A DNA stretch of 32,000 nucleotides from Mycolicibacterium smegmatis (GTDB lineage Bacteria > Actinomycetota > Actinomycetes > Mycobacteriales > Mycobacteriaceae): contig NZ_LN831039.1 in assembly GCF_001457595.1 (NCBI RefSeq), positions 3,690,001 through 3,722,000 of the forward strand, in the 5' to 3' direction. A model generated the notes under the pieces. That model had not been told where the DNA came from. It ran no database searches and was given only the letters and a program-made list of their open reading frames with translations. Both the position numbers and the translations under genes were made by a program. How positions within the stretch are numbered: the first letter of the stretch is position 1; every line of letters begins with the position of its first letter. This document shows, in pieces, positions 28,125 to 32,000 of the stretch.

Positions 28125-28853
28125 ATGATCCGGATCGGCACCTCGGGGTGGTCATACGACCACTGGCGTGACGTGCTGTATCCGCCGGGCACACCGTCGT
28201 CGGCGCGGTTGCGGCGTTACACGCAGGTGTTCGACACCGTCGAACTCAACGCGAGCTACTACCGCTGGCCACGCGACACCGCGTTCGCGAACTGGCGATC
28301 TCAGTTGCCCGACGGGTTCACGATGTCGGTCAAGGCCCACCGTGGGCTGACCCACTTCCGCCGTCTACGCTCCCCCGAACCCTGGATCGAGCGGTTCGAG
28401 CGGTGCTGGGAGGTGCTCGACGGATGCGCCGAAGCCCTGCTGGTGCAACCACATCCGGCACTCGAACGCGACGACGCACTGCTCGATGAGTTCCTGACTC
28501 TTGTGCCCGACCACATCCCGGTGGCCGTGGAACTGCGTCACGCATCGTGGCACGACCCGGCCGTGTACGCACTGCTGCGCCGCCACGGTGCGGCGTATGT
28601 GGTGATGAGCGGGCCGGGTCTGGTGTGCGAACCCGTGGCGACGAGCGATCTGGTGTACATCCGGTTGCACGGTCCGCCGCAGGAGGCGATCTATTCCGGG
28701 TCGTACCCCGCCGACCAGTTGCGATGGTGGGCCGAACACATCCTGCTGTGGCATCGCGACGGCCACCGGGTGGTCGTGTACTTCAACAACGATCTCGGCG
28801 GGCATGCGGTGCGCAACGCCCGAACGCTCAAGGAACTCGTGGCACACGAGTAG
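28125..28853 (+). CDS. DUF72 (YecE-like, UPF0759) family protein
   Basis: MIRIGTSGWSYDHWRDVLYP...FDTVELNASYYRWP...YIRLHG...VVVYFNND is the DUF72 pattern as I remember it. GAGGAGA RBS at 28117-28123. Confidence 0.8.
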   Translation: MIRIGTSGWSYDHWRDVLYPPGTPSSARLRRYTQVFDTVELNASYYRWPRDTAFANWRSQLPDGFTMSVKAHRGLTHFRRLRSPEPWIERFERCWEVLDGCAEALLVQPHPALERDDALLDEFLTLVPDHIPVAVELRHASWHDPAVYALLRRHGAAYVVMSGPGLVCEPVATSDLVYIRLHGPPQEAIYSGSYPADQLRWWAEHILLWHRDGHRVVVYFNNDLGGHAVRNARTLKELVAHE

Positions 28854-28864
28854 CCTGAGTTGGT

Positions 28865-30094
28865 ATGACTGCGGCGTCGACATTCGTGATCATCGGCGGC
28901 GGCCTGGCCGGCGCCAAAGCTGCTGAAGCGTTGCGCGACAACGACTTCGACGGCCAGGTACTGTTGTTCGCGGCCGAGGAGAAGCTGCCCTACGAGCGGC
29001 CTCCGCTGTCCAAGGACTACCTGGCAGGCAAGAAGACCCTCGACGAGTTCACCGTCGCCGCTCCGGCGTGGTACCGCGACCACGACGTGACGCTGCGACT
29101 CGGGACCGAGGTGGCCGCGATCAACCCGGCCGACCACACCGTGACGCTGCCCGACGGGTCGGCAGTGGGTTACGACAAGCTGCTGCTGGCCACCGGTTCG
29201 GCATCGCGGCGGCTGCCGATTCCCGGTGCGGACGCGTCCGGCGTGCACTATCTGCGCACGGTCGACGACGCCGCCGCACTCGATGCGGTTCTCACCGAGG
29301 GCGCCTCGCTCGCGGTGGTCGGCGCAGGATGGATCGGGCTCGAGGTCGCCGCGACCGCACGCACCCGCGGCGTCGATGTCACCGTGGTCGAGGCCGCGCG
29401 CCTGCCACTGCTCGGCGCGCTCGGCGCCGAGGTCGCCGAGGTGTTCGCGCAGTTGCACCGCGAGCACGGCGTGGACCTGCGGCTCGAACAGACCGTCGAG
29501 GAGATCACCACCGCCGACGGCCGGGCCACCGGCCTGCGTCTCGGAGATGGTTCGACCATCGCGGCCGACGCCGTGCTGGTCGCGGTCGGCGCGGCGCCGA
29601 ACATCGGACTGGCCGAACGGGCCGGCCTCGCGACCGCCGACGGGGGCGTCCTGGTCGACGCGTCGCTGCGCACCAGCGACCCGGACATCTACGCCGTCGG
29701 CGACATCGCCGCGGCGCAGCACCCGCTGCTCGGTGTCCGCATCCGCACCGAACACTGGGCCAACGCGCTCAAACAACCCGCGGTGGCCGTCGCGGGCATG
29801 CTGGGCCGGACCGCGGAATACGCCGAATTACCCTATTTCTTCACCGACCAGTACGACCTCGGCATGGAGTATGCCGGGCACGCCCCCAGCTACGAGCGCG
29901 TGGTGTTCCGCGGTGATGTGCCCGGGCGCGAGTTCGTGGCCTTCTGGCTCGACGGCGACAACCGGGTGCTGGCCGGGATGAACGTCAACATCTGGGATGT
30001 GCTCGACGACGTCAAGGCCCTGATCCGGTCGCGGGAACCGGTCGACCCCGACCTGCTGGCCGATCCGGGCCGGCCGCTCAACGCGCCCGGCTGA
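28865..30094 (+). CDS. FAD-dependent pyridine nucleotide-disulfide oxidoreductase, ferredoxin/rubredoxin-reductase-like
   Basis: FAD fold FVIIGGGLAGAKAAEAL; NAD(P) fold LAVVGAGWIGLEVAATA; YAVGDIA; HWANA; C-terminal dimerisation domain. 409 aa. Confidence 0.85.
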   Translation: MTAASTFVIIGGGLAGAKAAEALRDNDFDGQVLLFAAEEKLPYERPPLSKDYLAGKKTLDEFTVAAPAWYRDHDVTLRLGTEVAAINPADHTVTLPDGSAVGYDKLLLATGSASRRLPIPGADASGVHYLRTVDDAAALDAVLTEGASLAVVGAGWIGLEVAATARTRGVDVTVVEAARLPLLGALGAEVAEVFAQLHREHGVDLRLEQTVEEITTADGRATGLRLGDGSTIAADAVLVAVGAAPNIGLAERAGLATADGGVLVDASLRTSDPDIYAVGDIAAAQHPLLGVRIRTEHWANALKQPAVAVAGMLGRTAEYAELPYFFTDQYDLGMEYAGHAPSYERVVFRGDVPGREFVAFWLDGDNRVLAGMNVNIWDVLDDVKALIRSREPVDPDLLADPGRPLNAPG

Positions 30095-30231
30095 GCAGGG
30101 CGATCGCCGCGGCGCTGGGAATGCGCTGCGGGTCAACCGTATTCTCGGCATTCCCGGCCGTGCCCGGCGTGCGCTGTAACGTGCACACGGCCGCCCGTGC
30201 CCGGACAATCGATACACGTGACGGCAGAAAG

Positions 30232-30909
30232 GTGAGCCCGTTGAACGTCGCCCCAGCCGAACTGACCGGCACCGAACAGGCAGTTCTGCTGGTGCTCATG
30301 GCCGAGTCGCGGCCCGTGCCCAATCCGGACCTCGAACGGCTCGGACCGAAGCTCGACAAGCGGGGCCGGGACCGGCTCAACGAACTGGGGCTGATCGAGA
30401 CCACACCGGGGCGTCCGCTGGTCCACGAACTCACCGACGCGGGTTGGGCGGTGTGCCGCCAGTTGCTCGCCGCCGACACACCGCCGCGGTCGTCCGGCCA
30501 GGGCCGCGCTCTCTACACCGTGCTCAGAGCGCTGCACCGCCACCTCGAACGCGCAGATCTCGCGCCGGCCGACGTGTTCCTGCCTGGCGACTCGCCGGCG
30601 CCTGCCGCCGTCGACACGCCGGGCACCGCGAGCGGCTACGCGCTCGCGCCGCGCGCCGAGGAGGCCCTGCGGGCCGCCTACGCGAGGCTCGCGGACCGGC
30701 CCGGCGGCTGGGTCGGCCTGGCCCGGCTGCGCGGCGAGGTGCCCGATCTGCCGCGCAAAGAGGTCGACGCGGCTTTGATCAGCCTCTACCAGCAGCCGGG
30801 TGTGAGCCTGATTCCCGAAGAGAACCAGAAGACGCTGACCGAAGCCGATCGCGCCGCCGCCGTGCGCATCGGTGACCAGAACAAACACCTGATCGCGATC
30901 GAGTCCTGA
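30232..30909 (+). CDS. uncharacterised protein with two winged-helix-like modules
   Basis: The track ORF begins at 30121, but its first 37 codons look non-coding. Likely starts are GTG 30232 or TTG 30241 (GAAAGGTGAG just upstream). N-terminal MarR/PadR-like wH (LTGTEQAVLLVLMAESRPVPNPDLERLGPKLDKRGRDRLNELGLIETTPGRPLVHELTDAGWAV). Second wH-like module (GWVGLARLRGEVPDLPRKEVDAALISLYQQPGVSLIPEENQKTLTEADRAAAVRIGDQNKHLIAIE). The stop overlaps the next start (TGATG). Confidence 0.6.
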   Translation: MSPLNVAPAELTGTEQAVLLVLMAESRPVPNPDLERLGPKLDKRGRDRLNELGLIETTPGRPLVHELTDAGWAVCRQLLAADTPPRSSGQGRALYTVLRALHRHLERADLAPADVFLPGDSPAPAAVDTPGTASGYALAPRAEEALRAAYARLADRPGGWVGLARLRGEVPDLPRKEVDAALISLYQQPGVSLIPEENQKTLTEADRAAAVRIGDQNKHLIAIES

Positions 30910-32000
30910 TGCAGCAACACGAACGGGAAGCGCTCAGCGCGCTGCGGCTCACCTGGGCGCCCACGGCCGACGACCTGTGGCACTCGCAGGGCGCGCTGCA
31001 CGTGCCCGGCCTGCACGAACGGGCCATGACCGACGTGCTTGCCGCGTTCGACGACGCCGCGCGCGAGACCGATTCCAGCCCGCTCGGGGTCGTCGTGCGC
31101 GGACCGGCCGGTTCGGGCAAGACGCACCTGCTCGGTCAGGTGCGCGAACGCGTGCAGACCGCGGGCGGCTTCTTCTTCCTGGTCGAACTGCTCGACGCCA
31201 CGAGCTTCTGGCAGTCCGCACGCGCGGGCATCCTGGAGAGCCTCGGCCGCCCCGGCGGGGAGCGGGAAACCCAGCTCAAAGACCTGCTGTGGGAACTGGC
31301 GTCGATCGCCCACATCTCGCGGGCCAATCGCCGCGCCATCATCGGCGACGACGACCTGACGCCGGAGATCCTCACCGATTTCGTCACCGCGCTGCACAAG
31401 GCCAGGCGCCAGACGGTCAAACGCGCCCACCACACGCTGCGGGCGCTGGTCCTGCTGGGCGCCGCGGATCTGGACCTGCAGGACATCGGCGAGGCCTTCC
31501 TCGTCGGCAACGTGGGCACTCTCGGCGCGACCGACGGCTCGGAGGCCGAACTCGCGGCGTGGGGCCTGCCCGTGCCCACCCTGACCCCACAGGAATCGGT
31601 GCGGGACATCTCGCGGTTGGTCGCACTGGCCGGGCCCGCGGTGCTGGCCCTCGACCAGATCGACACGCTGTTGGCGCAGTCCATCGAGCGGACCGCCGAT
31701 CGTGTGTCCGGCGAGAACTCCGAGCCCGCGAGCCTGGACAACCGCGACCTCGAGCACGTGGCCCACGGGCTGATGTCGGTGCGCCAGACCATGCGCCGGA
31801 CGGTGTCGGTGGTCGCGTGTCTGCCCGCGGCGTGGGAGGCCATCGAGAACCGGGCTACCGCGAGTGTGCACGACCGGTTCCGCACCACGGCGCTGCTGCA
31901 GGGCCTGCCGACGCCCGATATCGGCCGCGCGATCCTGGAGCGCCGGTTCTCGGCGACCTACAGCGCCGTCGGGTTCAGCGCGCCGTACCCGAGTTGGCCG
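30909..32000 (+). CDS. large P-loop NTPase (AAA+, Orc1/Cdc6- or AAA_16/STAND-like N-terminal module); the 3' end runs off the right edge of the window
   Basis: Absent from the ORF track because it is open at the window edge. I translated 364 codons from ATG 30909 with no stop: MQQHEREALSALRLTWAPTADDLW...VVVRGPAGSGKTHLLGQVRERV (Walker A, nt 31101-31124)...AVLALDQIDTL (Walker B-like, nt 31641-31664)...VSVVACLP...TALLQGLPTPDIGRAILERRF (AAA+ lid-like). Confidence 0.75.
   Translation, partial: MQQHEREALSALRLTWAPTADDLWHSQGALHVPGLHERAMTDVLAAFDDAARETDSSPLGVVVRGPAGSGKTHLLGQVRERVQTAGGFFFLVELLDATSFWQSARAGILESLGRPGGERETQLKDLLWELASIAHISRANRRAIIGDDDLTPEILTDFVTALHKARRQTVKRAHHTLRALVLLGAADLDLQDIGEAFLVGNVGTLGATDGSEAELAAWGLPVPTLTPQESVRDISRLVALAGPAVLALDQIDTLLAQSIERTADRVSGENSEPASLDNRDLEHVAHGLMSVRQTMRRTVSVVACLPAAWEAIENRATASVHDRFRTTALLQGLPTPDIGRAILERRFSATYSAVGFSAPYPSWP

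Overview
High-GC (roughly 67-70%) actinobacterial chromosome, almost certainly a fast-growing mycobacterium. An antigen-85/FbpC-like mycolyltransferase lies next to a canonical LonA protease (Lon is absent from M. tuberculosis), there is an MmpS/MmpL pair, and KstR-type boxes are present. It resembles Mycolicibacterium smegmatis, but that is recalled from memory and not verified. I call 27 protein-coding genes, densely packed, with several translationally coupled junctions (ATGA or TGATG overlaps). I saw no rRNA, tRNA, CRISPR, transposase or integrase, so most of the window looks like core chromosome. Gene order, left to right: crotonase (partial), EthD-like, FUSC-type membrane protein, PaaI thioesterase, TetR, ABC-2-like membrane protein, TPR protein, CDA-fold deaminase, GH13 hydrolase, DUF1810, Cache-HAMP class III cyclase-homology receptor, MscS channel with a cNMP-like domain, fbpC-like, SDR, lon, LLM oxidoreductase, mmpL, mmpS, MFS, cycA-like permease, a six-gene co-directional cluster (small TM protein, MpaB/DUF2236 oxygenase, paralogous small TM protein, lipoprotein, DUF72, FAD ferredoxin-reductase-like), and finally a coupled pair of a tandem winged-helix protein and a large P-loop/AAA+ NTPase that runs off the right edge. 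The observations I rank highest are: (1) that uncharacterised wHTH+NTPase cassette; (2) the cyclase/MscS-CNB pair, in which both the cyclase catalytic residues and the cNMP phosphate-binding cassette look degenerate; (3) a 68-nt hairpin-forming intergenic repeat present twice; (4) two KstR-type operators sharing an identical 14-mer; (5) a HAIR (HspR) box in front of lon; and (6) paralogous mini-membrane proteins bracketing an MpaB-like oxygenase. All domain calls come from motif recognition by eye. No database search was possible.
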